Assembly (NCBI RefSeq): GCF_036916975.1
Contig: NZ_JBALFF010000050.1
Coordinates: 40,633-104,632, forward strand
Direction: 5' to 3'
Length of the DNA stretch: 64,000 nt
Source of the DNA: Nostoc sp.
GTDB lineage: Bacteria; Cyanobacteriota; Cyanobacteriia; Cyanobacteriales; Nostocaceae
The notes below the pieces were generated by a model. The model had not been told where the DNA came from. It made no database searches and was given only the letters and a program-made list of their open reading frames with translations. This document shows, piece by piece, positions 41,801 to 53,147 of this stretch (positions within the stretch are counted from its first letter, which is position 1; every line of letters starts with the position of its first letter). The translations under genes were made by a program, and so were the position numbers.

Positions 41801-44003
41801 CTTCTCGTTCTATTTCTGAAGAGTTTTGCAGAAGTAACTGTCCAATTTTGAGATGCGTTGCTTGCTTTTTGTGATCGGGAATTAAGAAATAAGCAGCTTG
41901 TTGAACGCGGTCATGTAAAAATCGATAAATCGGATTAGCTGCTCCATTAGAAACTGATGCACTATCAGACTGAATAAAAAACTTATATATTTCCGTATTC
42001 GGAATAATCAGCCCTTCTTGCAAAGCTCTCCATAAATCAGCTGCCGTTGCTTCTAGAGATTGTTCTGAAATAATCGCCAATGTATTCAAATCAAACTGCG
42101 CCCCAATACAAGCTGCTAGTTTGAGAACATTCTGAGTTTTGTGCGGCAATTTTTGCAATTGCAGTGCCATAAACTCCACCACATCATCAGTAATTGCTAA
42201 GGCTCTGACTTGGCCAATATCACACTGCCAATGGCGAGATTGTAAGTCAAAGATAATTAGATTTTCGTCATTTAACGCCTTGAGAAACTGGCTAGCAAAA
42301 AAAGGATTACCTTGAGTTTTTTGATAAATCAATTTTGTCAAAGGTTGGGCAAGTAATAATTCGCAATTGAGCGTATCTGCTACCAACTGATTCAAAATTG
42401 GTTCGCTTAATGCTTGTAGCACGATCGTATTGACCACTGCCCCAGTTTTGACGATCTCATCTACAGCCAGAATAAATGGGTGAACTGGTGATACTTCATT
42501 ATCCCGATATGCACCCAAGATTAATAAATGTCCTGTTTCTATCATCAACAATTGCAGCAATTTCAGCGATGCGGAATCTGCCCATTGCAAATCATCTAAA
42601 AACATCACTAAGGGATGTTCAATACTTGTGAAGATTTGCACAAATTTCTGCATTAGCAGATTGAAACGATTTTGGGCAGCAGCCCCTGATAGTTCTATAG
42701 CCGGGGGTTGAGTACCAATAATGCGTTCTAGCTCTGGAATTACGTCAATCAAGACTTGTCCATTGTCGCCAACAACTTCCAGAATTTTGCTTTTCCAGGC
42801 TTGCAGTTGTGCATCTGATTCTGACAGCAATTGACCCATTAAGTCTCGAAATGCTTTTACAAATGCACTAAAGGGAATATTCCGTTGAAATTGGTCATAT
42901 TTACCTTTAATAAAGTAACCACGTTGTCTAACAATCGGTTTGTGAACTTCGTTAACAACCGCAGTTTTACCAATACCCGAAAACCCAGCGACAAACATCA
43001 TTTCGGTTGCACCAAGGCTAACTCTTTCAAATGCTTCTAATAGAGTTGAAATTTCGGTTTCTCGTCCATAGAGTTTGTCAGGGATGATGAAGCGATCGCT
43101 AATATCACGCTCTCCTAGTGCGAAGGATTCAATGTTTCCTGTAGATTGTAATTGACTTAGGCAAATCTCTAAATCATGCTTGATTCCCAAAGCACTCTGA
43201 TAACGTTTTTCACCATTCTTCGCCATTAATTTGCTGATGATTTCAGATAAAACTAAGGGAAGATTGGGATTATTTTCATGTACTGCAATGGGAGTTTTAG
43301 CGAGATGACAATGCACCAATTCCATCGGTTCATCACAGACAAATGGTAATTGTCCCGTGAGTAATTCGTAAAATGTCACACCTAATGAATAAAAGTCACT
43401 GCGGTAGTCAATTCCCCGGTTCATTCTACCTGTTTGTTCTGGAGAAATATAAGCAAGTGTCCCTTCTAACACATTTGGATTGATAAGTGTTTGGGTTTCC
43501 CGTGGTAGTAAGGATGCAATACTAAAGTCAATTAATTTAACTTCTTTGGTTTCGGGATTAATTAAAATATTGGCAGGTTTGATATCTTTATGAATAATCC
43601 GCTCTCGATACAATATATCTAAGGTATTGCACAGTGCGATCGCTATCTCTAAAAATTCCATCAAAAATTCTCCGCTTCCCCACACTCCCAACTCCCCACT
43701 CCTTACTCGCCACTCCTTTAAAGAAATCCCCCCAAAGTCTTCCATCACCAGCGCATAACCATTTTGGTAGGCTTCGAGGCTGTAGGTTTGGACGATTAAC
43801 GGTGAGTTGAGATTTTTAGCAATAGTGTACTGATTGCGAAACGACAAGAGTTCAGAGAAGCTGGGATAAGGATTTTTCAGTAGTTTAATCACTACTGGTA
43901 ATGAATCAACTTTTTGATACCCTCGATAAACTAAAGTTCTAGAACCATTGTAGAGTTCTTCGTTTACTTGATATCCGGGAATATTGGCAAAAGTGCTAAC
44001 CAT
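38868..44003 (-). CDS. Ser/Thr kinase-AAA ATPase-TPR-GAF-His kinase hybrid (copy B), with an in-frame internal deletion
   Basis: HKDIKPAN, DFS, SPEQ, Walker A GFSGIGKT, DDLQWAD, GAF, AHEINNP, HATPase; start revised to ATG 44003. Confidence 0.93.
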   Translation of the reverse strand: MVSTFANIPGYQVNEELYNGSRTLVYRGYQKVDSLPVVIKLLKNPYPSFSELLSFRNQYTIAKNLNSPLIVQTYSLEAYQNGYALVMEDFGGISLKEWRVRSGELGVWGSGEFLMEFLEIAIALCNTLDILYRERIIHKDIKPANILINPETKEVKLIDFSIASLLPRETQTLINPNVLEGTLAYISPEQTGRMNRGIDYRSDFYSLGVTFYELLTGQLPFVCDEPMELVHCHLAKTPIAVHENNPNLPLVLSEIISKLMAKNGEKRYQSALGIKHDLEICLSQLQSTGNIESFALGERDISDRFIIPDKLYGRETEISTLLEAFERVSLGATEMMFVAGFSGIGKTAVVNEVHKPIVRQRGYFIKGKYDQFQRNIPFSAFVKAFRDLMGQLLSESDAQLQAWKSKILEVVGDNGQVLIDVIPELERIIGTQPPAIELSGAAAQNRFNLLMQKFVQIFTSIEHPLVMFLDDLQWADSASLKLLQLLMIETGHLLILGAYRDNEVSPVHPFILAVDEIVKTGAVVNTIVLQALSEPILNQLVADTLNCELLLAQPLTKLIYQKTQGNPFFASQFLKALNDENLIIFDLQSRHWQCDIGQVRALAITDDVVEFMALQLQKLPHKTQNVLKLAACIGAQFDLNTLAIISEQSLEATAADLWRALQEGLIIPNTEIYKFFIQSDSASVSNGAANPIYRFLHDRVQQAAYFLIPDHKKQATHLKIGQLLLQNSSEIEREEKLFDIVLHLNQGQGLITQQQEREALAQLNLKAGVKARSSTAYTAARLYLQTGIELLEVNCWQSQYELTLNLYVAATEASYLNGDLESMKQLAAVVLQQAQTILDKVKIYEIQIAALLAGSQMLAAIAVGIEALAPLGIEFPNAPDEAQIGKALQDLNQQLQGREISGLIDLPVMNEPTAMPTAGYAYAAMQLLGILFPPVLQGMPGLMPLLSATMVRLSLQFGNSPASTTGYVIHGIVLCALLGEVKTGYEFGRLALSLLERLNNRKMKPSTLNLFGYFIQPRQEALLATLPTLKEAYTAAIETGDFLYTGYSILGYAYNAIFAGVDLDKLASELAAYSAALVQLKQDLAYILLSLMRQMVQQFRERVSQPDCLIGTAYDETVMLPKHQQDNDLSAIEHYDRAIQLAKENQFVNEEALANELTAKFYLDWGKEKVAASYMQEAYYCYARWGAKAKVVELETRYPQVLATILQKQQPSLKLMETMIPISHNTIQSSSLSNTSLSEALDLATILQASQSLSSEIELDKLLSTLLQVILKNAGADKCALLMPKGSRWVIEALSQLEGPAIILGSLPFEDHQTVPVALINRVKNTLSLAVIDNAVVEPTLAADPYILRHSPKSILCAPLLNQSKLIGILYLENNLTVGAFTSDRLQVLKLLTTQVAISLENSQLYHKLENYSHTLEQKVKERTEEITEKATQLELTLEKLYSTQAQLIQSEKMSSLGQLVAGIAHEINNPINFIYGNLQPASEYVASLIELNNLYQQLYPQPLPEIAQKIADIELEFLVNDLQKILSSMKAGADRICQIVLSLRNFSRLDESEIKGVDIHSGIDSTLLFLQHRLESNSKHPEIAVIQKYGQLPLVNCYASALNQVFMNILNNAIDALEASEKNSQPTIIIQTELKEPKKVIIRIADNGIGISETVRNNIFNPFFTTKSVGSGTGLGLSTSYSIVVEKHGGQLSCISTPGEGTEFIIEIPV

Positions 44004-44396
44004 ACTGCTAAATCCTAATGATTTACAGATATAGTGTTCCCAGAATATGCAGCAGAATTCAGGAGTCAAACAATTTTGGATTTTAGATTTTAGATTTACT
44101 TCACGTAGCTTGCTTCTGGCGAAACTAGTATAAATTCGCTTGTTCGCAACCTTTTTTAGATTTTAGATTTTGAATCTTTCATCTAAAATCCAAAATTTAA
44201 AATCTCAAATTCAGTCATAATTCACAATGAAAACGCGCTTTCTATCTATTCGTAAATTATTAAAAAAAGTTACTTTGTCAATTAGAAATTATACTTAAAA
44301 TTTATAAATAATAGTATAAAATAAAACTTTATGCTGAATTAAGAGTCAAGAATGAATGATGCATATCAAGTAATTTTTAAACAAGAGCAAAGTTTT

Positions 44397-47300
44397 TTAC
44401 ACCGGAATTTCAACAAAAAATTCTGTACCTTCACCTAAAACAGAGTTAAAACTCAATTTTCCGCCGTGGGTTTCTTCAACTATTTGACGAGCGATCGCCA
44501 ACCCCAACCCCGTTCCTTTACCAACAGCTTTAGTAGTAAATAGATGTTCAAATATTTTTTGTTTCACTGATTCACTCATCCCTTTAGCATTATCAGTAAT
44601 CGTAATTTTAACGCTTTGATTTTCGAGTGAGGTTGTAATTGTAATGTAGTTAAGATTAGCTTGAATTTCTTCATAACTGCGTCCGGTGTTAGATTCCTCT
44701 AAGGCATCAATAGCATTTGCTAGAAGATTCATAAATACTTGATTTAATTGACCAGGGAAACATTCTACTTGAGATAAATTACCATACTTTGTGACAACTT
44801 CAATAGCAGGACGGTGTTCATTGGCCTTGAGACGATGCTTGAGAATGAGAATTGTGCTATCAATGCCTTGGTGAATATTGAAAGGCACTTTGTAGTCTCG
44901 ATCGGTACGAGAGAAAGTACGTAAACTGGTGCTGATATTTTTTAGGCGATCGCACGCTATAGACATGGAATCAATCATTTTGGGCAAGTCTTCTAAGCTA
45001 TAATCTAAGTCGATTTCTGACTCATGGTCAATAATTTCCTGATTTTTGTTGGGAAAGCTTTCTTGATAGAGTTTCAAATGTTCGATAAGATCGCCAAAGG
45101 TAGGTTTAGCTTGTTTGAGACTGGCAGAAATAAAACCGAGGGGATTATTCATTTCGTGAGCTACCCCAGCAACTAAATTGCCCAGTGCAGACATTTTCTC
45201 ACTTTGGACAATTTTTAGTTGTGCCTGTTGTAAATCTTGTAGTGCTTGCCCAGCTTGTTGATAAAGTCGAGCATTTTCTAGGGATATTGCGGCTTGATAA
45301 GAGAAAAGGTTAATCATGCTGAGGCGATCGCTAGTAAATACGCCTTGAGTAAGTTGATTTTCTAAGTAAAGAATCCCCACCATAAGCCCTTGATTAATAA
45401 TTGGAGTACATAATACACTTTTGGGTTGTTTCTCCAACATATATTTCCCAATTACACCAGGGATATCTGTTTGAGAATTGTTGATAACAACCGTTTCTTG
45501 AGTATTTTTGACATAGTTGATAATTGTCATGGGAATATCTTGACAATTGTCGAGTAATTGTGGAATTAGAATTGTTTGTATTTCCTTACGATCGCTTGAG
45601 GTAATTGCTCGGACTTGCCAAGTATTTTCTTCTTGAAGTAGCAATACAACTTTTTTTGCTCCAGAGTTTTCTAGGATAATCTGAGTCAGACTGGCAATGA
45701 GTTGGTCTAATTCCAGAGAACTGGAAATAGCTTGAGCTGCTTTCAAAACAGAGGTAAAATCTAAAACCTCAGAAATACTAGTACTGTTAGTGCTATGCGT
45801 GCGAGTGAATGAGGAAGTGCCATGAAAAGCAAGAGTTTCTTTTGGGTTGAGGTTGAGTCGTTGCTGTTGCAGGATGGGGGCGAGGACTTGGGGATAGGTT
45901 TTTTCGAGGTGATTAACTTTAGCTTTTGCTCCCCAGCGAGCATAGCAGTAGTAAGCATTTGTGATATAAATTTGAGCAAATTGTTCTTTACCCCAATCAA
46001 GACAGAATTTAGCAGCGAGTTCGTTAGCTAAGGCTTCTTCGTTGATAAATTGATTTTCTTTGGCGAGGGCAATGGCTTGATCGTAACATTCAATTGCAGG
46101 GGCTTTATCACCCAAAACTCGATAACGTTCAGCCTCGACTAAATACCATTTATGCAAGTGATTCATCGGGGCATTTTGCGCCCACTGATGCAGAATCGTT
46201 TGATGAGTGATGGCAACAGCAAGTATTTCAGATTGCTCAATTTCTGGCTGGTTACGCAAGAGTGCTAAGTGCGTTAGGGCAGTATAAAAATGGAAAATGG
46301 GAATATGAACTGTTCCCGATACTGCGATTAAGTATGACTTGAGTTGGGTAATGTAGTCGAGGGCAGCCTGATAATTACCATAAGAGTAAGCAAGCACTAG
46401 TTTGTAGATGTAGGCAATAGCGATCGCAGTAAAATCATTATCTTGCTGGTGCTTTGGCAGCATTACGGTTTCATCGTAGATAGTGCCTATTAAGCAATCC
46501 GGTTGGTTTACCGTTTCTCTCAAATGCTCTATTGCTTGCTGCACCATCTGGAAAAAAACATGCGCCGAATTTTGTTTCATCTGAGCTAGCGCAGGATTGT
46601 AAGCGGCCAGTTCGGGTGACAAAGTATCCAAGTCTACACCTGCGAAAAACGCAATATAGCTGTAAGCTCCTATGCTGTAACCGGCGGAGAGAAAATCGCC
46701 GCTTTCTATACCAGCCGTGTAGCCATCTTTCAGCGTGGGTATTGTTGCCAAGAATGGTTGCTGACGATGTTGGATGAATGCCCCAAACAAGTTTAGAGTG
46801 ATGGGCTTGATTAAGAGAGCATTCAACCTCACAAGCAACGAGAGTGCTAATCTACCAAACTGGTAGCCTGTTTCGACTTCGCCCAAAAAGGCACACAGCA
46901 CCATTCCATGAATTACATATCCTACCGTCGAGGCGGGTGCATTCCCAAACTGGAGCGACAACTTCACCATCGTTGCACTCAAGAGGGGCAGTAAACCAGG
47001 AATTCCGTGCAGCAGTGGTGGAAACAACATTCCTAACACTTCGATCGCTGCTTGGGCGGTGCGATCGCTCATTACCGGCAAGTCAATCAGCCCAGCAATC
47101 TCTCTGTTTTGGAGTTGCTCTTTAAGGTCTTGTAAGACTTTGCCAATCAAAGCTTCGTCTACTTCCGTTGGTAATTCTACCCCCAATTTGGCTAAAACTT
47201 CTCTTCCTACTGCGATCGCTGCTAAAATTTGGCTCCTAGCCACTAGTGCCGCGATTTGAATTTCGTAGATTTTAACTTTGTCAAAAATCGTCAATGCCTG

Positions 47301-49793
47301 CTGCAATACCAATGTGGCTTGCTGTTCCATGCCCGCAAAATCACCATTTAAATAGGCAGCTTCAGCAGATGCAACATACAAATTCAGAGTCAAATCATAC
47401 TGATCTTGCCAACAGTTTGTCTCAAGTAGGTTAATCCCGGTTTGCAGATAAACCCTGGCGGCGGCGTAAGCTGTAGAATTTCTCGCCTTCACCCCAGCTT
47501 GCAAATTCAGTTGAGCTAAGGTTTGGCGTTCCTTTAATTGACTAATTAACTCAATTCCTAAATTCAAATGCCCAACAAGAACGAACAGTTTTTCTTCAAG
47601 CTCTAACTCGGATAAGTTCTGTTGAAGTAACCTACCAATTTTGAGATGAGTTGCTGTTTTTTGCTCATCGGGAATCAGGGAATAAGCAGCTTGTTGCACT
47701 CTATCATGTAAAAAATTATAACAAACTATTTTTTCTTCGCTCTTTTCTAATGAGAAATCACTAATAACTAATGACGAATCTTGATAAAACTTATAAACAT
47801 CACCAATCGGAAAAATCAATCCTTCTTGTAATGCTTTCCATAAATCCGCAGCCGTTTCGATGTCTGATTGTTCTGAAACAATTGCCAAAGTTGCTAAATC
47901 AAAAGAGTTGCCAATACAAGCTGCTAACTGCAATATATTTTGAGTTGAGGAAGGTAGTTTTTGTAATTGAAAAACCATAAAGGCAGCAACATCATCTGTA
48001 ACCGATTGAGTCGTCACTTGTGCAATATCACATTGCCAACAGCCTAACTCAAAATCAAATTTAATCAGATTTTCTTGATGTAATGCTTTGAGAAACTGAG
48101 TTGCAAAAAACGGATTTCCTTGAGTTTTTTGGCAGAGCAATTGAGAAATATTCCATGCTAAACTTTCAGGACATTTCAGTGTATCAGCAACTAACTGATT
48201 CGCTGTGGTTTGACTAAGTGGCGCTAAAGTAATCGTATTAATCGTGAAGAGGTTTTTTTGAATTTCACTTAAAGTCAACATTAATGGATGTGCTGGATTA
48301 ACTTCGTTATCACGGTACGCACCAATTAAGAAAAGATGCTTTGTATCAGCCATTAATAGCTGTATTAACTTCAGTGATGCTGAATCTGCCCATTGCAAAT
48401 CATCAAGGAACATAACTAAGGGATGTTCGGCGCTGGTAAAAACTTGGGTAAATTTTTGAAATAATAAATTAAATCGATTTTCTGCCTCCGCACCTGATAA
48501 TTCTATAGCGGGTGGTTGTTGACCAATAATTCTTGATAATTCCGGGACAATTTCAATAATTACTTGTCCATTTTCTCCAACTGCATCTAATATCTTAGTT
48601 TGCCATTTCTGGATTTGAGCATCACTTTCGGTTAACAATTGCCCCATTAAATCTCGGAAAGCTTGCACAAATGCCGAAAAGGGAATATTACGCTGAAATT
48701 GATCGTATTTCCCTTTAATAAAATAACCGTGTTGGCGAACAATGGGCTTATGAACTTCGTTAACAACCGCTGTTTTTCCAATTCCCGAAAAACCTGCTAT
48801 CAGCATCATTTCTGTTGCACCAAGGCTAACTCGGTCAAATGCTTGGAGTAGGGTTTCTACTTCGGTTTCTCGTCCATAAAGTTTATCAGGGATGCTGAAG
48901 CGATCGCACACATCCCTACTCGCAATTTCAAAATCTTTAATTATGCCAGAAACTTGTAGCTGATGTAAACAATTTTCTAAATCAAATTTCAGCCCCAACG
49001 CACTCTGATATCTGTCTTCAGCATTTTTTGCCATCAATTTCATGACGATATCACAAAGAACTTGAGGAATTTCTTTTCCCCTTTTGCTGCTCAATTGCTC
49101 TGGAAGTTTTGCAATATGAGAATGTACCAACTCCATTGCATCGTTTGATTGAAATGGTAACTCTCCCGTGAGTAATTCGTAAAAAGTTACACCTAATGAA
49201 TAAAAATCAGTTCGATAGTCAATTCCCCGATTCATTCTGCCTGTTTGTTCTGGAGAAATATAAGCTAGTGTCCCTTCTAACACATTGGGATTGACTAACG
49301 TTTGCGTTTCTCGTGGTAGTAAAGATGCGATACTAAAATCAATTAATTTAACTTGTTTTGTTTCAGGATTAATTAAAATATTGGCAGGTTTAATATCTTT
49401 ATGAATAATCCGCTCCCGGTAGAGTACATCTAAGGTATTACATAGTGCGATCGCTATTTCTAAAAACTCCACCAAAGATTTTACACTTCCCCCTACTCCC
49501 CACTCCTTTAAAGAAATCCCCCCAAAGTCTTCCATCACCAACGCATAGCCATTTTGGCAGGTTTCCAGGCTGTAGGGTTGGACAATTAGAGGTGAGTTGA
49601 GATTTTTAGTAATGGTGTACTGATTGCGAAACGACAAGAGTTCAGAGAAGTTGGGATAAGAATTTTTCAGCAGTTTAATGACTACTCTTAAAAAGTCAGC
49701 TTCTCGATACCCCCGATACACTAGGGTTCTCGAACCATTGTAGAGTTCTTCACTGATCTGATATCCGGCAATATTGACAAGAGTGTTGAACAT
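44397..49793 (-). CDS. Ser/Thr kinase-AAA ATPase-TPR-GAF-His kinase hybrid (copy A)
   Basis: Same motifs as copy B with H-box AHEMNNP; start probably ATG 49793. Confidence 0.94.
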   Translation of the reverse strand: MFNTLVNIAGYQISEELYNGSRTLVYRGYREADFLRVVIKLLKNSYPNFSELLSFRNQYTITKNLNSPLIVQPYSLETCQNGYALVMEDFGGISLKEWGVGGSVKSLVEFLEIAIALCNTLDVLYRERIIHKDIKPANILINPETKQVKLIDFSIASLLPRETQTLVNPNVLEGTLAYISPEQTGRMNRGIDYRTDFYSLGVTFYELLTGELPFQSNDAMELVHSHIAKLPEQLSSKRGKEIPQVLCDIVMKLMAKNAEDRYQSALGLKFDLENCLHQLQVSGIIKDFEIASRDVCDRFSIPDKLYGRETEVETLLQAFDRVSLGATEMMLIAGFSGIGKTAVVNEVHKPIVRQHGYFIKGKYDQFQRNIPFSAFVQAFRDLMGQLLTESDAQIQKWQTKILDAVGENGQVIIEIVPELSRIIGQQPPAIELSGAEAENRFNLLFQKFTQVFTSAEHPLVMFLDDLQWADSASLKLIQLLMADTKHLFLIGAYRDNEVNPAHPLMLTLSEIQKNLFTINTITLAPLSQTTANQLVADTLKCPESLAWNISQLLCQKTQGNPFFATQFLKALHQENLIKFDFELGCWQCDIAQVTTQSVTDDVAAFMVFQLQKLPSSTQNILQLAACIGNSFDLATLAIVSEQSDIETAADLWKALQEGLIFPIGDVYKFYQDSSLVISDFSLEKSEEKIVCYNFLHDRVQQAAYSLIPDEQKTATHLKIGRLLQQNLSELELEEKLFVLVGHLNLGIELISQLKERQTLAQLNLQAGVKARNSTAYAAARVYLQTGINLLETNCWQDQYDLTLNLYVASAEAAYLNGDFAGMEQQATLVLQQALTIFDKVKIYEIQIAALVARSQILAAIAVGREVLAKLGVELPTEVDEALIGKVLQDLKEQLQNREIAGLIDLPVMSDRTAQAAIEVLGMLFPPLLHGIPGLLPLLSATMVKLSLQFGNAPASTVGYVIHGMVLCAFLGEVETGYQFGRLALSLLVRLNALLIKPITLNLFGAFIQHRQQPFLATIPTLKDGYTAGIESGDFLSAGYSIGAYSYIAFFAGVDLDTLSPELAAYNPALAQMKQNSAHVFFQMVQQAIEHLRETVNQPDCLIGTIYDETVMLPKHQQDNDFTAIAIAYIYKLVLAYSYGNYQAALDYITQLKSYLIAVSGTVHIPIFHFYTALTHLALLRNQPEIEQSEILAVAITHQTILHQWAQNAPMNHLHKWYLVEAERYRVLGDKAPAIECYDQAIALAKENQFINEEALANELAAKFCLDWGKEQFAQIYITNAYYCYARWGAKAKVNHLEKTYPQVLAPILQQQRLNLNPKETLAFHGTSSFTRTHSTNSTSISEVLDFTSVLKAAQAISSSLELDQLIASLTQIILENSGAKKVVLLLQEENTWQVRAITSSDRKEIQTILIPQLLDNCQDIPMTIINYVKNTQETVVINNSQTDIPGVIGKYMLEKQPKSVLCTPIINQGLMVGILYLENQLTQGVFTSDRLSMINLFSYQAAISLENARLYQQAGQALQDLQQAQLKIVQSEKMSALGNLVAGVAHEMNNPLGFISASLKQAKPTFGDLIEHLKLYQESFPNKNQEIIDHESEIDLDYSLEDLPKMIDSMSIACDRLKNISTSLRTFSRTDRDYKVPFNIHQGIDSTILILKHRLKANEHRPAIEVVTKYGNLSQVECFPGQLNQVFMNLLANAIDALEESNTGRSYEEIQANLNYITITTSLENQSVKITITDNAKGMSESVKQKIFEHLFTTKAVGKGTGLGLAIARQIVEETHGGKLSFNSVLGEGTEFFVEIPV

Positions 49794-49933
49794 ACTGCTT
49801 AATTCTGGTGATTTCTGATTTATTGTTCCCAAATCAGTAATCTTTATCAGTCAAGTAAAAGGTTTTTAGGATTTAAGCAAAAGTAAACGTTCTAGTACCC
49901 TGTCCCAAAAGTTTTCAGAGGTTCGTGGTGTTC

Positions 49934-50064
49934 AGATCCCCGACTTCTTCAAGAACAGGACTTACGCAAAAACTCTCTCAAACTCTTATTCCTCTGTGTT
50001 CTCTGCGTCCTCTGCGGTTCGTTTTTTGGTCATTTTGCGTAAGTCCTAAAGAAGTCGGGGATCT
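49934..50064. mobile_element. Nested miniature elements: GGACTTACGC-TIR MITE (49957-50047) inside an AGATCCCCGACTTCT inverted repeat
   Basis: Both pairs of inverted ends read directly. Confidence 0.75.
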
Positions 50065-50152
50065 CGCAGCCCCGCAAAATTAATGCGACAGACTACTAGT
50101 AAAAGACTGACGCGATGTCTACGACCGGCTATTCGGCGTCGCTTTATGTTAG

Positions 50153-51412
<1,260 letters not shown>

Positions 51413-51554
51413 ACAACTCACTTAGGAACGTGAATTAAATAAAATGCAAAACTTCATCTTCTATCTAGCTTCCCTCTCCTTTATAAGGAGAGGGATTGAG
51501 GGTGAGGTAAGTTGTCGGATATAAATTGTATGTTATTTAATTTTTATTGCTTAT

Positions 51555-51644
51555 AGGACTTACGCAAAATTATGGAAAAACGAACCGCAAAGGACGCAAA
51601 GGACACGAAGTAATAAGAGTTTGAGGAGTTTTTGCCTAAGTCCT
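51555..51644. mobile_element. MITE with TIR (A)GGACTTACGC
   Basis: TAGGACTTACGCAAAA...TTTTGCCTAAGTCCTA. Confidence 0.7.
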
Positions 51645-51694
51645 AGCTTAGTTTAATCTCTGCTAGTGTACAAGTACTATTGGAAAGATATTTC

Positions 51695-52282
51695 ATGAAT
51701 GTTGTGACACCTAAGCGATTTACGATCGCAGAATACCATCAATTGATTGAACTCGGATTTCTCACAGAGGCCAATCATATTGAATTGATTCGAGGAGAAC
51801 TAATTCAAATGACAGCAAAGGGAACACCTCATACAGTTTGTAGTTCTATCTTATGCCGTCAATTGGATCGGCTTCTAGGCGAGCGAGCAGTCATCCGTGG
51901 ACAAGATCCTATCACCCTTCCTAATCAGAGTGAACCTGAGCCGGATGTTGTCATTGCACGAGGAAGAGATGAAGATTATCTTGCTCATCATCCCTATCCC
52001 GAAGATATTTTGTTAGTGATTGAAATTTCAGATAAAACCATAGATTACGATCAAACAACTAAGCTTTCATTGTATGCAGAAGCCGGAATTTATCATTACT
52101 GGATTGTCAATTTACCGGCTCGTCAACTTGAGCGTCACAGCCAGCCGTATCAGAATGCTCAAAATCAGTTTAGCTATCTCAGCAAGCAGATTTATTTATC
52201 AAATCAGTCAGTGGCGATTCCTGGATTTGAAGATGTATTATTAGACTTGAATCGGTTATTTCCAGAAGGTACTAGTGAATGA
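51695..52282 (+). CDS. Uma2 family endonuclease-fold protein
   Basis: RFTIAEYH, ELIRGELIQM, SEPEPDV, LVIEIS, YWIVNL motifs. Confidence 0.92.
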   Translation: MNVVTPKRFTIAEYHQLIELGFLTEANHIELIRGELIQMTAKGTPHTVCSSILCRQLDRLLGERAVIRGQDPITLPNQSEPEPDVVIARGRDEDYLAHHPYPEDILLVIEISDKTIDYDQTTKLSLYAEAGIYHYWIVNLPARQLERHSQPYQNAQNQFSYLSKQIYLSNQSVAIPGFEDVLLDLNRLFPEGTSE

Positions 52283-52378
52283 TTTTGTTGGTGCGATCGC
52301 GTAAAAAAGTATTGTATCCTCTCAAATATCTTAAATGAATATGTTGATTAGAGATCCGTTTAAATACTGTTACGTTTT

Positions 52379-52720
52379 TTAGTTTTCTAATACATAACTA
52401 CAAACTTTAGTTTGAGCGTGTGTTTGAGATTTTGGTTTTAACTTCACCACTATTTCCACATCACAACCTAAAGCATTCAAAAATCGGAACAGTCGCTCTG
52501 TTGAAAAGCCTGATAGTTTTCCCCTTACTAAAGCAGAAATCTTGGGTTGATCAACTCCCAATAGTTGGGCTGCTTCAGCTTGATTAATGTCCTGTTTAGC
52601 GATAATTTCACTGATTTGACGTGCAAGTTCTGCTTTCACAAGTAGTTCATCAGGGTTCGCTAAACCTAAATCTGCAAACACATTACCGCTACTTGCTTTT
52701 ACACTGATTTCTTCAGTCAT
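52379..52720 (-). CDS. XRE/HTH antitoxin (HigA-like)
   Basis: SSGNVFADLG, QAEAAQLLGVDQPKISAL, FSTERLFRFL; overlaps the toxin gene by 8 nt. Confidence 0.9.
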   Translation of the reverse strand: MTEEISVKASSGNVFADLGLANPDELLVKAELARQISEIIAKQDINQAEAAQLLGVDQPKISALVRGKLSGFSTERLFRFLNALGCDVEIVVKLKPKSQTHAQTKVCSYVLEN

Positions 52721-53102
52721 TTTTCTCTTCCTTTTGTTTCCGGCTATAGTTTTGTGCGTGATGCTCTTTTGCCCGCTTCAGCCTTGCTTTAATTAATTCG
52801 ATGTCTTGCTTTGGTGTAGTAATACCGTGTTTGGATTTCTTCTGAAAACTATGTAAAACATAAATAACATCTTCCAGTTTGACTGTATAAACAGTTCTGT
52901 AAGTGTCACCATCAAAATCTTCTATAACTTCCAACACTCCAGCACCTTTAAATCCTTTGAGAGGTTTTGCTGAATCATGCTTCTCACCACACTGAGCCAA
53001 GTACAGAGCATAACCCATCATTTGTTGAACATCTTCTGGAAACTCTCTCAAATCATCAAGCGACCTTCCAACCCACTCGAGTAGCTTTAATAAAGGACTC
53101 AT
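52713..53102 (-). CDS. RelE/ParE-superfamily toxin (Gp49/HigB-like)
   Basis: GYALYLAQ.G, KPLKGF.GAGVLE, YRTVY, YVLHSFQKKS motifs. Confidence 0.9.
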   Translation of the reverse strand: MSPLLKLLEWVGRSLDDLREFPEDVQQMMGYALYLAQCGEKHDSAKPLKGFKGAGVLEVIEDFDGDTYRTVYTVKLEDVIYVLHSFQKKSKHGITTPKQDIELIKARLKRAKEHHAQNYSRKQKEEKND

Positions 53103-53147
53103 CTTTTACAAGATGCTAGTTTTGGCATACATATTTGGTTAATAATA

